A stretch of DNA of 64,000 nucleotides from contig OZ241326.1 in NCBI GenBank assembly GCA_965199855.1, positions 1,888,001 to 1,952,000 of the forward strand, in the 5' to 3' direction. Shown one piece after another: positions 33,361 through 43,912 of this stretch. This DNA comes from a bacterium (GTDB lineage Bacteria; UBA8248). Position numbers and translations under genes: made by a program. The notes under the pieces were generated by a model that did no database searches, had not been told where the DNA came from, and saw only the letters and a list, made by a program, of their open reading frames with translations. Position 1 is the first letter of the stretch; every line of letters begins with the position of its first letter.

Positions 33361-33602
33361 GCGCGGATGAATTTCTGCGAAATTCGACAAAAACAGACAA
33401 ATTCACGACCTTTTCAGACAAATTCACAGCTTTTTTCCGTCCCTTTGACACCGCATTGACACCCCTGTTTGTTCCCCAATTCGATCGGCTCGCCTCCCCG
33501 TGGGCGCGCCTCTCCCTCCGGGGGCGCAGCTTTCGCGCATCAGGAATATACCCCGACCCGGCCACTCCTCCTCATCCGCAAATGCGGGCAAATGCGCGCG
33601 AG
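33361..33602 (+). repeat. dispersed non-coding element, copy A
   Basis: five blocks shared in the same order with the reverse complement of 43913-44141. Confidence 0.8.
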
Positions 33603-33704
33603 GCTCCTCCGTGGAGCATTTCCAGGGCGCGATTTTCGGGGAAAATATCTCTTGCGTTGATTTCGGCGTTGATCTTTACGCGGGATTTCATACAGAAGGA
33701 AGCA

Positions 33705-35567
33705 TCACGAGGCGCCTTCTTCTTTCCTCTCCTCCTTCTTCCAGCTTTTCAACGCAGTGGGGAGCTTGTCCTCATTGAATTTCTTTTTCATGCGGTAGAT
33801 TTTTCCGCCCGCCCGCACATACAGAAATTCCGAGCCTTCCTTGCGCGCGAAGGTGAACGGCCCCCATTTCTCATGGCGGATGTCCTTGCCCGAAAGCTCG
33901 ACGATGAAGTCCTTGAAATCCGGCGCCTCGCCCGGCGTCGCCTCCCCCTCTTTCTCGAAATCCCTGAGCGCGCTCACCAGGTCGTCCACGCTGCCGGATT
34001 CGGCCTTCCCGCGCTTCGGGGAAAGGAATCGCCATTTCTCGCCAAAGCGCTCGAGCCGCATGGAGGATTCGTCCGGGAATCGCGCCGCAACTTCCGTGAT
34101 TTCCTCGTCTTTTCCATACGCGAGCAGACGCCGTTCGCTCAGGAAGTAAGGCGTTTGGGTGATCTTGTCATAATCCTCTTTCTTGATGGCGAATATCCGC
34201 TTTTCTCCCTGGATGCGGCCATACGCCCTCTTCCTGTCGTCTAAAAATTTCCCGATGATGAAGGCTTTTTTCTCAAGCGGCCCATCCTTTTTCTTTCTGA
34301 GCCACAAGGCGTAGCGAAGCGGCGCGCCCTCGCCTTCCTTGCGCGTCAGGGCGTATTTCGCCAAATCCGTTCCGGGGGCGTCCACATATTCTATCGAGTT
34401 GATCCACTTGATGTCCCACAAGAGATCATCCACGTGCTTATGGCGGCCAATCAGCTTTTTTTGCTTCCCATCCGCCGCGTCGAGGAGGATATCCCATTTC
34501 TTCTTCGACCGTCGGAGAATGTCGAATTTTCGGGAGTTCGACTCGACCAGGAGGCGGGCGACGTGATCGACGTCATAATCGATGACGCTCTTGTGCCGGA
34601 GAGAGAATACGGATTTGGGCAACTCCTTGAACGTCTTCTCGTTGATCAGCATCACGGGGCCGCCAGAGAGCCTCCTGGCGTAATAATAAATTTTGGGCTT
34701 CTTCTTTGGCTCCCTGGGGCCAGGCGCTTCCACTTTCTTGTTCCCCAGAACAACTCCATCTTCCGCCTTCTCGGCGTCTCCGGTGAAGATGCGCACCGTG
34801 ATTCGGGGCTTGTCCAGGCCGTAAGGGGCGAGGTCTTTGGGCTTTTCCTCAACGAATCTCTGCGCCTTGTCCCATCGCAGGGTGGATACGATGCCCTCGG
34901 AGTCGACGGCGTCGGCCCTGTCCTTGATGGGCTTCGCCAATGCCCATTCATCCTTGCCCCTTCGGACGACGGTAAAGCCGCCGCCCCCTTGGGGTTCGAC
35001 AATCACCTTGCTGGCGCGTTCCGGCATGACGGGGACGATCGACCTGTCCCGAATGCTGAACACCGTTTTGTCGAATTTGCCGATGTCGGAAAGCTGGAGG
35101 GTGAAAATTCCGGGGGCTTTCGCCAGGGCGGCATAGCGAAATTCGCGCGTCGGAGTCCTGTCTCCGATATGAACGGAAACATCTTCTTTGTTCTTCAGCC
35201 CGAACGTAATTTTCATGCCGGGCTTGTCCATCCCGAACTCCGAGCGGTCTTTTACGCTCCCGATCCGCCGGCGCTCCCTGAGCTCGGCCGCCGCCTTCAA
35301 AAGCTTTTCGGCTTCCTCGTCGTCGACGGCGGCGTCCATCGGCTTGACGAAGCGCCACCCCTTCTCCGTCCAGATAATCTGGTAGGGCTCCGCATCTCTT
35401 GACACGTCGATGCGAATGAGCGCTTTTTCGTCAATCCCCTTGAGGAGCTTGACCTTTCGCTCTTCCTCGGCCTGTTTTTCAGCAGCCCACTTCACGTCAT
35501 AGACGTAATAGGCGCCGCCGATGAGCGCGAGAACGAGAAGCAGCAAGAGGTTTTTCTTGGGGTTCAC
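33705..35567 (-). CDS. DUF4340-domain protein
   Basis: N-terminal TM, repeated W...P...AD / YGLDKP modules; downstream of gldG-like gene. Confidence 0.8.
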   Translation of the reverse strand: MNPKKNLLLLLVLALIGGAYYVYDVKWAAEKQAEEERKVKLLKGIDEKALIRIDVSRDAEPYQIIWTEKGWRFVKPMDAAVDDEEAEKLLKAAAELRERRRIGSVKDRSEFGMDKPGMKITFGLKNKEDVSVHIGDRTPTREFRYAALAKAPGIFTLQLSDIGKFDKTVFSIRDRSIVPVMPERASKVIVEPQGGGGFTVVRRGKDEWALAKPIKDRADAVDSEGIVSTLRWDKAQRFVEEKPKDLAPYGLDKPRITVRIFTGDAEKAEDGVVLGNKKVEAPGPREPKKKPKIYYYARRLSGGPVMLINEKTFKELPKSVFSLRHKSVIDYDVDHVARLLVESNSRKFDILRRSKKKWDILLDAADGKQKKLIGRHKHVDDLLWDIKWINSIEYVDAPGTDLAKYALTRKEGEGAPLRYALWLRKKKDGPLEKKAFIIGKFLDDRKRAYGRIQGEKRIFAIKKEDYDKITQTPYFLSERRLLAYGKDEEITEVAARFPDESSMRLERFGEKWRFLSPKRGKAESGSVDDLVSALRDFEKEGEATPGEAPDFKDFIVELSGKDIRHEKWGPFTFARKEGSEFLYVRAGGKIYRMKKKFNEDKLPTALKSWKKEERKEEGAS

Positions 35568-38098
35568 CGCAGTTGCCTTCTCCTGACGTAGACGGCGGCT
35601 CCGGCGAAAACGATGAACAGGGGCATCACCCAGACGGTGAACAGATGCACGAACCGGCCCTCTCCTCCAGCGAGCAGGAGAGGCTCGCCCGCGCGGCTTT
35701 TGGGGCGGATGGTGATCAGGTCTTTTTCACCGCCGAGCCAGTTCACGGCGTTGAATATGAGATTCGCGTTGCCCTGGGCGCCGATGAAGGCGTCGCTCGC
35801 GAAGTCGGCGTCTCCGAATACGACGATTCTCGCCTCGTTTTTGCCGCTGTCTTTCTCGTCGGGCGCAGCCGCCTTCGAGTCGTCTTGCTCTCCCTGCCCT
35901 TGCGAGAGTTTGTATAGATCCAGCGCGACGGTGACGGCGGCGCCCAGGGGAACGGGGCCTTCTTTTTTGGTTTTCGGATCGAAGGCGAGCTCGCCGTCCT
36001 TGAGGGATACGCCCTCGACGGTGAAGCTCCCCGCGCCCGTCTTCACCAGATCCTCGGAGTGCAGCCCCGCTTTTGGGTTCCCTGCGGCGGACACATGCCG
36101 CGCCGTAGGAAACACCGTCGCCAAACCCTTTAACTGCCTGGTGATGTCATGCAGTCCATAGTTCACGGCGAACGGGGTAATTTCGTTTCCGCCGGCCAGA
36201 GCGAAGCGCACCGACTGGGGATCGATGACGAAAGACGGGGGGAGTTTGAAGCCGTATTTCTCCAAAAGCGCGATCAAGCGGCCGCGCTTCGCATCGGGCT
36301 CCAGGAATACGAGAAGCTTGCCGCCGGCTTTGATGTAGTCATCAATATATCCGGCTTCGACTTCTTCCAGGTCTTTTTGGGGCGCCGCGATGATGAGCAG
36401 ATTCGTGTTTTCCGGCACGCCATTTTTCCTCAGCAGGAGAAGCTCGTCCACCTGGTAGTTGTCGTCTCTCATGCCGATGGCCAGCGTTTTCATCACCTCG
36501 CGCCCTTGCCCGGCGAAGAGCCGTTCGCCGTGACCCGTGAGGTAATACACCCGTTTTTGTTCGGTCTGAATGGTTTTCAGTATCGCATTGGCGACCGCGT
36601 TTTCCGAAAGATCGAATATCTTTTCCGAGCGGAACGTTTTTTGCTCCTTTTTGTCCCCGGAAGCGGACTTGCTCATCTTTTCGATTTCTTTTTTGCTGAA
36701 ATGGTGAATCACGACCAGCGTGCCGTATGCGTCTACGTCATACTTTTTGGCGGTGCGCGGAGAGGCGTCCAGGTCAAGGAAGCGGAAGGCGACCTGCTTC
36801 GACGCCTGCGCGTATTGCTCCAGAATCTCCTTTATCGCAGGCTGCTCGAGCTTGCGCGTGAAGGCGATGATTTCGATGCGCCTTTTTTCCCTGTCGAGCC
36901 TGCTCAGCAGGTTTCTCGTTTTCCCGGAGAGGCTGAAGAAGTTGCCCGGCGTGACGTCCCACCGCTTGAAGTGCTTTACGCTCGCGAGTTCAACGACGAC
37001 CAGAATGGCCGCGACTACGAGTATCATCAGGGCGACCTGCAGGCCCGTGCGCGTGGATTGCAGCCTCATTCCGCCCTGGAGTTTGCCGCGGGAAATCCAC
37101 ATCGTATAGGCGAAGCAGACGACGCCCAGCGCGATGGTCGCGTAAGCCCACCTCGGAGGCGGTGAGAACTGATCGCCGCCGGCCCAGCCGGAGATCCCGA
37201 TCAGCAGCAAAACGGCGGAGACGATGAACAAATAAAGGCTTTTGTTTCCCCATTCCCTCGCCTCTCCGCCTCCGGCGTTCGAGAGGGCGGATCGCCCCGC
37301 CGGCTCGTTCGTCGTCGAGACGACTTCCTTCCATCTGTAGTATTCAAGGGATCTGAGAACCAGGAAGCCGCACAATATATTGACGTTCAGAAGATACACT
37401 ATATCGCGCGTATCAATGACGCCCCGTATGAAATTTCGCAGGTGCATTCCCAATGAAAGATGCCGGAGAATATCGGACAACGGAGCGCTGGCCGATGCCG
37501 CGAGAAAATCCATCAGAAAAGTCGCGAGAAGCACCATGAAAGCGACCATGGCCGCGACGATCTGGTTCGACGTCCAGGAACTCGCCAGCAAGCCGACCGA
37601 GAGGAACGCCGCGCCCGTCAGCAGCATTCCGAGATAGGCGGAGGAGACGACGCTCCATTCCACCTTGACGAAAGCGGAGAGGATGACGGGATAGACGAGC
37701 GTGATCGCCAGCATCACCAGATAGGCGGACAAGACGGAGAGATATTTTCCGGCGAACATCTGCCCGCTGCGCAGCGGAAAGGTGAGCATCAGCTCCATCG
37801 TCCCCTGCTTCTTCTCTTCGCTGAAAAGGCGCATCGTGAGCAGCGGCGCCACGAACAGGAGGATGACCGTGACGCTCGAGAATACCGGCTCGAGGACGGA
37901 GGAAGTAGGCGTGATGTTGTATTGCGCCGCGGCCCTGGGGTTTCTGGCCAACTGCATGGAAACGGCGGCGTAGGTCAGGAACGCGCCAGAGTAGAATATG
38001 CCCATCAACACCGTCCATGCCGCAAGAGTCACGTAGGCGATGGGCGAGAAAAAGAACGAGGTGAGCTCGCGGCGGCATATCCAATAGGCATTAAGCAT
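35564..38098 (-). CDS. fused ABC permease (GldF-like) and GldG-like auxiliary protein
   Basis: RELTSFFFSPIAY, LTMRLFSEEKKQGTMEL; then RWDVT....SLS..T, VYYLTGHGE, ARIVVFGDADF, N.VNWL, ITIRPK. Confidence 0.85.
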   Translation of the reverse strand: MLNAYWICRRELTSFFFSPIAYVTLAAWTVLMGIFYSGAFLTYAAVSMQLARNPRAAAQYNITPTSSVLEPVFSSVTVILLFVAPLLTMRLFSEEKKQGTMELMLTFPLRSGQMFAGKYLSVLSAYLVMLAITLVYPVILSAFVKVEWSVVSSAYLGMLLTGAAFLSVGLLASSWTSNQIVAAMVAFMVLLATFLMDFLAASASAPLSDILRHLSLGMHLRNFIRGVIDTRDIVYLLNVNILCGFLVLRSLEYYRWKEVVSTTNEPAGRSALSNAGGGEAREWGNKSLYLFIVSAVLLLIGISGWAGGDQFSPPPRWAYATIALGVVCFAYTMWISRGKLQGGMRLQSTRTGLQVALMILVVAAILVVVELASVKHFKRWDVTPGNFFSLSGKTRNLLSRLDREKRRIEIIAFTRKLEQPAIKEILEQYAQASKQVAFRFLDLDASPRTAKKYDVDAYGTLVVIHHFSKKEIEKMSKSASGDKKEQKTFRSEKIFDLSENAVANAILKTIQTEQKRVYYLTGHGERLFAGQGREVMKTLAIGMRDDNYQVDELLLLRKNGVPENTNLLIIAAPQKDLEEVEAGYIDDYIKAGGKLLVFLEPDAKRGRLIALLEKYGFKLPPSFVIDPQSVRFALAGGNEITPFAVNYGLHDITRQLKGLATVFPTARHVSAAGNPKAGLHSEDLVKTGAGSFTVEGVSLKDGELAFDPKTKKEGPVPLGAAVTVALDLYKLSQGQGEQDDSKAAAPDEKDSGKNEARIVVFGDADFASDAFIGAQGNANLIFNAVNWLGGEKDLITIRPKSRAGEPLLLAGGEGRFVHLFTVWVMPLFIVFAGAAVYVRRRQLR

Positions 38099-39059
38099 TT
38101 GCCATTTCCTCATCAATTTGCCTGGATTCGCCGCTGACGATGCGAACGAAGACATCCTCCAGCGTGAGCCGCATCTGCCGGAGCTCGGTGAGTTTCCCTC
38201 CCGACGCGGATACGGCGTCCGCGAGATCGGAGCGAATGTCGTCCCCGCCTTTCGCGTGAACCTCGAAATGCGCCTCTTCTCCCGTGGATGCGCCGAGCAA
38301 TTCCACGCGCTCCACTCCGGATACCGCCTTCATCCCGGCGGACAGGGCGTCCGCGCCCCCGATGGCCGAAACGCGGATGGTCGAATCCGCCTGCATGTTC
38401 GCCGCCAGCGTATCAAGCGCGCCCTCGGCCGCTATTTTGCCCTGGTGGACGATGACGACGCGGTCGCAGACCATGTTGACTTCCGGCAGGATGTGCGTGC
38501 TCAGGATGAGGGTTCGGTTTCCCTTGAGCTCCGAGATCAAGTTCCTGATTTCCACGATCTGGGCCGGATCGAGGCCCGAGGTAGGCTCATCGAGAATCAG
38601 GACGGGCGGATCGTTCACCATGGCTTGCGCCAGACCGACGCGCTGACGATACCCCTTGGAGAGATGGCCGATGACGCGGTGAGAGACATCCTCCAGGCCG
38701 CAATTTCCGATGACCTTGCGGATGCCGGCGTCTTTCTCGGCGCCGCTCATGCCCTTCATGGACGCCACGAAATTCAAATAGGACTTTACGGTCATCTCCG
38801 GATAGAGAGGGTTGTTTTCGGGCAAATATCCCAGGCGTCTTTGCGCCTCCAGCGGCTCTTTCGACACGGCGAAATCCGCCACCCATGCCGAGCCGGAATT
38901 CGGGGGCATATAGCCCGTCAGAATCCGCATGGTCGTGGATTTTCCGGCGCCGTTCGGCCCAAGAAATCCCAACACCTCGCCCGCTTCGACGTGAAACGAT
39001 ACGTCCACGATGCCTCGAAGGCCGCCGTAATACTTCGTGAGGTTCTCAACCCGTATCAA
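38091..39059 (-). CDS. ABC transporter ATP-binding protein (GldA-like)
   Basis: GPNGAGKST, LSKGYRQRVGLAQA, LILDEPT, STH. Confidence 0.93.
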   Translation of the reverse strand: MIRVENLTKYYGGLRGIVDVSFHVEAGEVLGFLGPNGAGKSTTMRILTGYMPPNSGSAWVADFAVSKEPLEAQRRLGYLPENNPLYPEMTVKSYLNFVASMKGMSGAEKDAGIRKVIGNCGLEDVSHRVIGHLSKGYRQRVGLAQAMVNDPPVLILDEPTSGLDPAQIVEIRNLISELKGNRTLILSTHILPEVNMVCDRVVIVHQGKIAAEGALDTLAANMQADSTIRVSAIGGADALSAGMKAVSGVERVELLGASTGEEAHFEVHAKGGDDIRSDLADAVSASGGKLTELRQMRLTLEDVFVRIVSGESRQIDEEMANA

Positions 39060-39197
39060 CGAAAAACTCCTTGAAAAGCTCGCGCCGCGTCATTCGCCGG
39101 CGTCCAGGCCGTTCCCGTCTCCCGATATGTCGAGTCGCCGAACCATTTGTCTGATTGAAGTATCCACGAACTGCGGAGACGGCTTTAGAAGACGAAT

Positions 39198-39284
39198 AAT
39201 CAATCCGTTATGTATCAATACCTTGGCGCTCAATAAATTCGGAGCGCCAAGCGAAAAAATAATCACTTGCCTTTTTTTTGTCAA
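39198..39284 (-). promoter_or_regulatory. putative sigma70 promoter and two IHF-consensus sites upstream of the Gld-like ABC operon
   Basis: minus strand TTGACA (39279-39284), 17 bp, TATTTT; + strand AATCAATCCGTTA (39198-39210) and TATCAATACCTTG (39213-39225) match WATCAANNNNTTR. Confidence 0.5.
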
Positions 39285-39340
39285 CCAGGTCCGATGATAT
39301 TTCTTCATCATCCTTCCGGGCGAGCGAAGCGCCGGGGACA

Positions 39341-40345
39341 TCAGTTTTTCGCTCGCAGGTCGCCGCGCAGAGCCGCCTTCTTCAGGATGTCGGGAACGCT
39401 CAGTATCGCCGGACCATCCAGGCGCAAGGATATTTCTATATCCTCCCCCTTGCGCAGCAGACGCTCCCTCTCTCCATCGAAAGCCAGCGTTCTGTCGTCA
39501 GGAGCCTGATAGCGAACGCTTTCTCCAATCTCGATCGCCTTGTGCTTCTCCACGAACGCCGGGGCAACCAGCCCGGGTCCGATGGGCGCCAAAATGAAAT
39601 GCCCGCCTTTTCTCCTCTCCCCCAGCTGCAGCCACAGTCCCACGGGCTCGCCCGGACTGATGGGGCGCAGACTCGCGCCCAGCGAGGAGAGACCCAGACG
39701 CCCGGGCTCGCTTCTCGTCAGCGCCAGGGAATCGACTCGCCCTATGTCCCAGACGGCGCGTGCGCCGGAGAATGACTCCTTGATAATGGCGATATCCACC
39801 AAGGCGCTTTCAGGGTTGTTCCCGACTTTCACGTGCAGCTGCTTCACTGTCTTTTTCTCGCTCCCATATACTCTCGGGCGAAGGGCGTATAGCCCCGCGG
39901 CCATGCCGGCCACTGTCCCCTCCCACGCGAAGGGAAAGGCGTTGTTCGTTCCGGTGGACAGCGGGGCGAGGGGTATTTTTCCGCATCCCTTGGCGACGGC
40001 GCGGCACGTGCCGTCGCCTCCGAGGACGATGACGCACCGGACGCCCAGCTCGCGAAGCTTCCGGGCCGCCTTCGTGGAATCGGCCGTCTCTCCCCTGGCG
40101 TCAACTTCAAAAAGCTTCGCTCCCGTGGTTTTGCCGTCATGGCGAAAGCCCTCCAGCGCGACGGCGCCCAGGGAGCCCAGGTCGTTGAATATGAATATCT
40201 CCTCCAGTCCCACGGAAGCCAGACCCGCCATCACGCGGCGCAGCATCAAAACCTTCTCGTTGTTGCTGAAAGAACTCGCCAGCGCCACCAGCCTGCGGAT
40301 GTCCTTGCCCGACTGCGGGTTCGCTATCACGCCGACGCTCGCCAC
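39341..40345 (-). CDS. AcoX-like ATP-NAD kinase family protein
   Basis: VGVIANPQSGKDIRRLVA, LGGDGT, STGTNNAFP, AFDGERE. Confidence 0.82.
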   Translation of the reverse strand: MASVGVIANPQSGKDIRRLVALASSFSNNEKVLMLRRVMAGLASVGLEEIFIFNDLGSLGAVALEGFRHDGKTTGAKLFEVDARGETADSTKAARKLRELGVRCVIVLGGDGTCRAVAKGCGKIPLAPLSTGTNNAFPFAWEGTVAGMAAGLYALRPRVYGSEKKTVKQLHVKVGNNPESALVDIAIIKESFSGARAVWDIGRVDSLALTRSEPGRLGLSSLGASLRPISPGEPVGLWLQLGERRKGGHFILAPIGPGLVAPAFVEKHKAIEIGESVRYQAPDDRTLAFDGERERLLRKGEDIEISLRLDGPAILSVPDILKKAALRGDLRAKN

Positions 40346-40478
40346 CGCTTCTCCCTTATTCGCGCGTTTCGGGAAAGAAGAATCAGATTCATGTAAAATC
40401 AAGAATATATGGAAAGGATGAAAAGGGCGATGCGCCGCCCATGCGCAGGCCTTCCAATCGGTGAAGCGAGCCGTTGAT

Positions 40479-41828
40479 ATGGAATCCACGCGCCGAAGAT
40501 CGTTGAAGAGGGAGGCGTGCGCCATCTTCCGGGCCGGACTCCGCGCCGTTCACGCCGGCAAAGCCGTTTCCCGATATGTGCAAATCGAGAAAAAACGGGG
40601 CCGGGAAATCCTCGTTTGCGGCAGGCGGAAAATACCCCTTGCCGAAACGGAGCGAATCATCGTCCTGGGCGCGGGAAAAGCGAGTTCGCAAATGGCGCGC
40701 GCACTCGAACGACGCCTTGGAAATCGGATTGCGGGCGGCGCCGTCGTCACCCAATACGGCCACGCGGAAAAGTGCGAGCGCGTCGAAATTCTGGAAGCCT
40801 CGCACCCGGTTCCCGATATGTCCGGCGTGGAAGCCTCAGGAAAGATAGAAGCTTGGGCCGCAGGCGCCCGGGAAGCGGACGTGGTGATCTTCCTGCTCTC
40901 CGGCGGGGGATCCGCCCTGATGCCCGCCCCCGCGCCCGGAATTTCCCTCGAGGACAAGCAATTCGTCACGAATGCCCTGTTGCGGGCGGGCGCTCCCATT
41001 CAGGCGCTTAATTGCGTACGGAAGCATTTATCCGCTCTCAAGGGCGGGAATCTCGCCCGAAAGGTTTTTCCGGCGCAAATGAGCGTCCTCCTCGTCTCCG
41101 ACGTGATTGGCGACCCCCTTGATGTCATCGCTTCCGGCCCCGCCGCCGGCGATTCATCCACGTTCTCCCAGGCCAAAGCGCATCTGCGGCGCTACGGGGG
41201 ACTTCGCCGGATGCCGAAAGCCGTCCGGAAGAGGATAGAAGCGGGCTGCAGGGGCGATATTCCGGACACTCCGGCTCCCGGGAGCGAGATATTCAGGCGC
41301 GTGAGCCACCATGTCGCGGCGAACAACGAAATCGCCCTGCGGGCGGCGCGCCATAAAGCGAAATCGCTGGGCTACGACGTCAGGATACGAACCGGGGCGC
41401 TGAGCGGCGACGCCTGCGGCGCGGGCAGACGGATAGCGGAAGAAGCCAGGAAGATCGCCTACGATTCCCGGAGGAGGCGCTCTCCGATATGCCTGCTGTA
41501 TGGAGGGGAAACGACCGTGCGGGTATCGGGGGACGGTCTGGGAGGCAGATGCCAGGAGCTCGCCCTCGCCTTCGCCATCGAGATTCGCGGCCTCGGAAAC
41601 GTCTGCCTCCTCGCCGCCGGAACCGACGGAAAAGACGGCCCCACGGAAGCGGCGGGCGCGGTCGTCGATGGAAAAACCGCCAAAACAGCAAAAAATTCAA
41701 CGCTTGACCCGAATGCCCGCCTGCGCGATAATGACAGTCATAGTTTTCTCCGTCCCCGAGGAGCCTGCGTGATCACCGGCCCTACCGCAACGAACGTGAT
41801 GGATCTGGTGATTCTCTTGGCGGCCTGA
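40479..41828 (+). CDS. glycerate 2-kinase (MOFRL/TtuD family)
   Basis: GAGKAS, ASHPVPD, LLSGGGSAL, RKHLS..KGG.L, SDVIGD...IASGP, GGETTV, TDGKDG, TGPTATNVMD. Confidence 0.92.
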   Translation: MESTRRRSLKREACAIFRAGLRAVHAGKAVSRYVQIEKKRGREILVCGRRKIPLAETERIIVLGAGKASSQMARALERRLGNRIAGGAVVTQYGHAEKCERVEILEASHPVPDMSGVEASGKIEAWAAGAREADVVIFLLSGGGSALMPAPAPGISLEDKQFVTNALLRAGAPIQALNCVRKHLSALKGGNLARKVFPAQMSVLLVSDVIGDPLDVIASGPAAGDSSTFSQAKAHLRRYGGLRRMPKAVRKRIEAGCRGDIPDTPAPGSEIFRRVSHHVAANNEIALRAARHKAKSLGYDVRIRTGALSGDACGAGRRIAEEARKIAYDSRRRRSPICLLYGGETTVRVSGDGLGGRCQELALAFAIEIRGLGNVCLLAAGTDGKDGPTEAAGAVVDGKTAKTAKNSTLDPNARLRDNDSHSFLRPRGACVITGPTATNVMDLVILLAA

Positions 41829-41896
41829 AATTCTCGATTCCCGTTGACGCAGACCGCTCCGCGTTCGCCCGCTTGAAAAGTTCACAGGATGGTTTT

Positions 41897-42670
41897 ATGA
41901 GACACGGTCGACTTGTCTTTCTTTGCGCCTGCATGTTGGGTTTTGCGTCCCTTCCATTTTCCAGTCCGGCTTTCGCGCAAAAGAAAAAGATTGTCATGAC
42001 GGACTTCAGCGCGAGTCCGGACGGGAAGGGTTCCGACAAGCTGCCGAAAGGATGGATGCTGACGGTGTGGCGCGGAAAGCCCGACTTCCGATTGATGCCG
42101 GACGAAGGCAGGGGCGCGGCGGCGCTTCGGATGCGAAGCGACAAAGCGTCCTTTTCCATCCATCGGGAAGTGGGGCTCGACCTCAGGAAATTCCCGAATC
42201 TCTCATGGAGATGGAAGGTTACGAAACTCCCCGAAGGCGCGGACGCGCGAAACGGCGCATCCGACGACCAGGCGGCCGGCGTTTACGTCCTGTTCCACAA
42301 ATTCCCCGGCTTTCTCAACAGCCGCTTGATCGGGTACGTCTGGGAGACGAGCGCGCCGGCGGGCGCGGTTCTCAAAAGCCGCAAGAATCCAAAAGTTCAC
42401 TACATCGTCGTCAGGAGCGGCGCGGACGATCTCGACAGGTGGATAACCGAGAAGCGCAACGTGCTGGATGATTACCGCCGGGTATTCGGCTCCGAGCCGC
42501 CCCGGGTGGGCGGCCTCGCGTTGATGATCGATACGGACGACACCCTTTCCTCAGCGGAAAGCTATTTCGCCAAGGTGGAATTCAAGGGGCGCGCCTCCGG
42601 CGCCGCCGCTCCCCGCCCGTATGGCCGGCTCGCCAAAGCAGCGGATTTCCCCGCTTGGGCCTACGAATAA
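41897..42670 (+). CDS. DUF3047-domain secreted protein
   Basis: signal peptide, P.LSWRWKV, DD.AA.VYV.F, W..EKRNV..DY...FG, MIDTDDT. Confidence 0.8.
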   Translation: MRHGRLVFLCACMLGFASLPFSSPAFAQKKKIVMTDFSASPDGKGSDKLPKGWMLTVWRGKPDFRLMPDEGRGAAALRMRSDKASFSIHREVGLDLRKFPNLSWRWKVTKLPEGADARNGASDDQAAGVYVLFHKFPGFLNSRLIGYVWETSAPAGAVLKSRKNPKVHYIVVRSGADDLDRWITEKRNVLDDYRRVFGSEPPRVGGLALMIDTDDTLSSAESYFAKVEFKGRASGAAAPRPYGRLAKAADFPAWAYE

Positions 42671-42839
42671 AAGACCTTGCGCGTCTGTTCTCTTTGTCTT
42701 GGCCGGGACGCCCGTTCGCCGAAAACGCATGGCGAGGCTTCTTCATCCCGTGAATGGCGCGCTTTCTCCCCCCAAACCCTCCTTGACGGAGAGAAAATGC
42801 GCCGGAAGCGGTTCGCGCGAACCGGAGCGCTGAGATTCA

Positions 42840-43772
42840 GTGTCTGACGCCGAAATATACGTCGGTCTCGACCTTGGAGGCTCCTTCCTGAAGGCGTCCT
42901 CGTTTGCTCTTGACGGGACGCCGGGAGAAGCCCGCTCCCTGGATGCGAAGCAGTGTCCGGGGGCGGAAGACTATCTCGCCCTGTTCGGGAATGCGGTCGA
43001 ATCGCTCTCCTCGAAGAAGCGCGTCAGGGGGGTCGGCGTCGCCGTCGCGGGCGTCCTTGCCCCAGATGAGGGGAAAATCGTCGAATCCCCCAACCTCCCC
43101 GCCCTTTCCGGCGTTCGCCTCCTCGCGCTCCTGCGGGACGTGTTCTCCCCTTCCCCGGTTCGCATGATGAACGACGCGAACGCCGCCGCGCTGGGGGAGT
43201 ATTTCGCGGGCGCGGGCGCGGGCTGCCGCAGCATGTTCATCCTCACGCTGGGCACGGGCGTCGGCGGGGGCTTCATCCAGAACGGGGAGATTTGGCGGGG
43301 CGCGTCCGGCATGGCGGGCGAAATCGGCCATACGATCATCGAAAAGGAAGGCGAATCATGCGCTTGCGGCTCGCGCGGATGCCTGGAGGCGCATTTTTCG
43401 GGCTGGGCGCTCGTGCGGGACGCGAAGGCTCACGCGGCGCGGCGGCCGGAGTCCGCCATCGCGTCTCTCGCCGAGATATCGCCGATAGCCCTCGCCAATC
43501 TGGCCGCCGCCGGAGATCGGGACGCGAAGGCGCTGTGGGAGAACGGCGGGCGCGCCCTCGGGGTCGGAATCGCCAACGTCATGAATTTGCTGAACCCCGA
43601 AAGCATCGTTCTCGCGGGAGGATTGCTGAACGCGAAAGAGCATTTTCTGCCGAGCGCCCGAAGCGCCTGGGAGGAGCGCTCCTTCGCCCAGGCGAGCCGT
43701 TCATCCAGGGTATTGCCGGGCGAATTGGGCGAATGGGCGGGCGTCAGGGGCGCCATCCAGCCCTTTTTGTAA
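42840..43772 (+). CDS. ROK-family sugar kinase
   Basis: GLDLGG, NDANAAALGE, TLGTGVGGG, GEIGH, CACGSRGCLE. Confidence 0.92.
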   Translation: MSDAEIYVGLDLGGSFLKASSFALDGTPGEARSLDAKQCPGAEDYLALFGNAVESLSSKKRVRGVGVAVAGVLAPDEGKIVESPNLPALSGVRLLALLRDVFSPSPVRMMNDANAAALGEYFAGAGAGCRSMFILTLGTGVGGGFIQNGEIWRGASGMAGEIGHTIIEKEGESCACGSRGCLEAHFSGWALVRDAKAHAARRPESAIASLAEISPIALANLAAAGDRDAKALWENGGRALGVGIANVMNLLNPESIVLAGGLLNAKEHFLPSARSAWEERSFAQASRSSRVLPGELGEWAGVRGAIQPFL

Positions 43773-43912
43773 ATGACGCGCCCGGGCGCGGCAGGCGTTC
43801 GCCGGAATGCGCCGGACGCGCGTTTCTTTCAAGCCAAACGAAGCGCCCCGGGCGCGCTCGTCCCGCGCGGTTTGAGGCGAAATCCCATTAAAACCCCGTC
43901 ATTTGACCGCCT

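Noticed and set aside
36729-36740. 12-nt match (GCGTCTACGTCA) of the middle spacer to the gldG-like gene as self-targeting
   Set aside because: Short, outside the expected 5' seed, and compatible with chance in 64 kb; the same applies to a 10-nt match of another spacer near 15971
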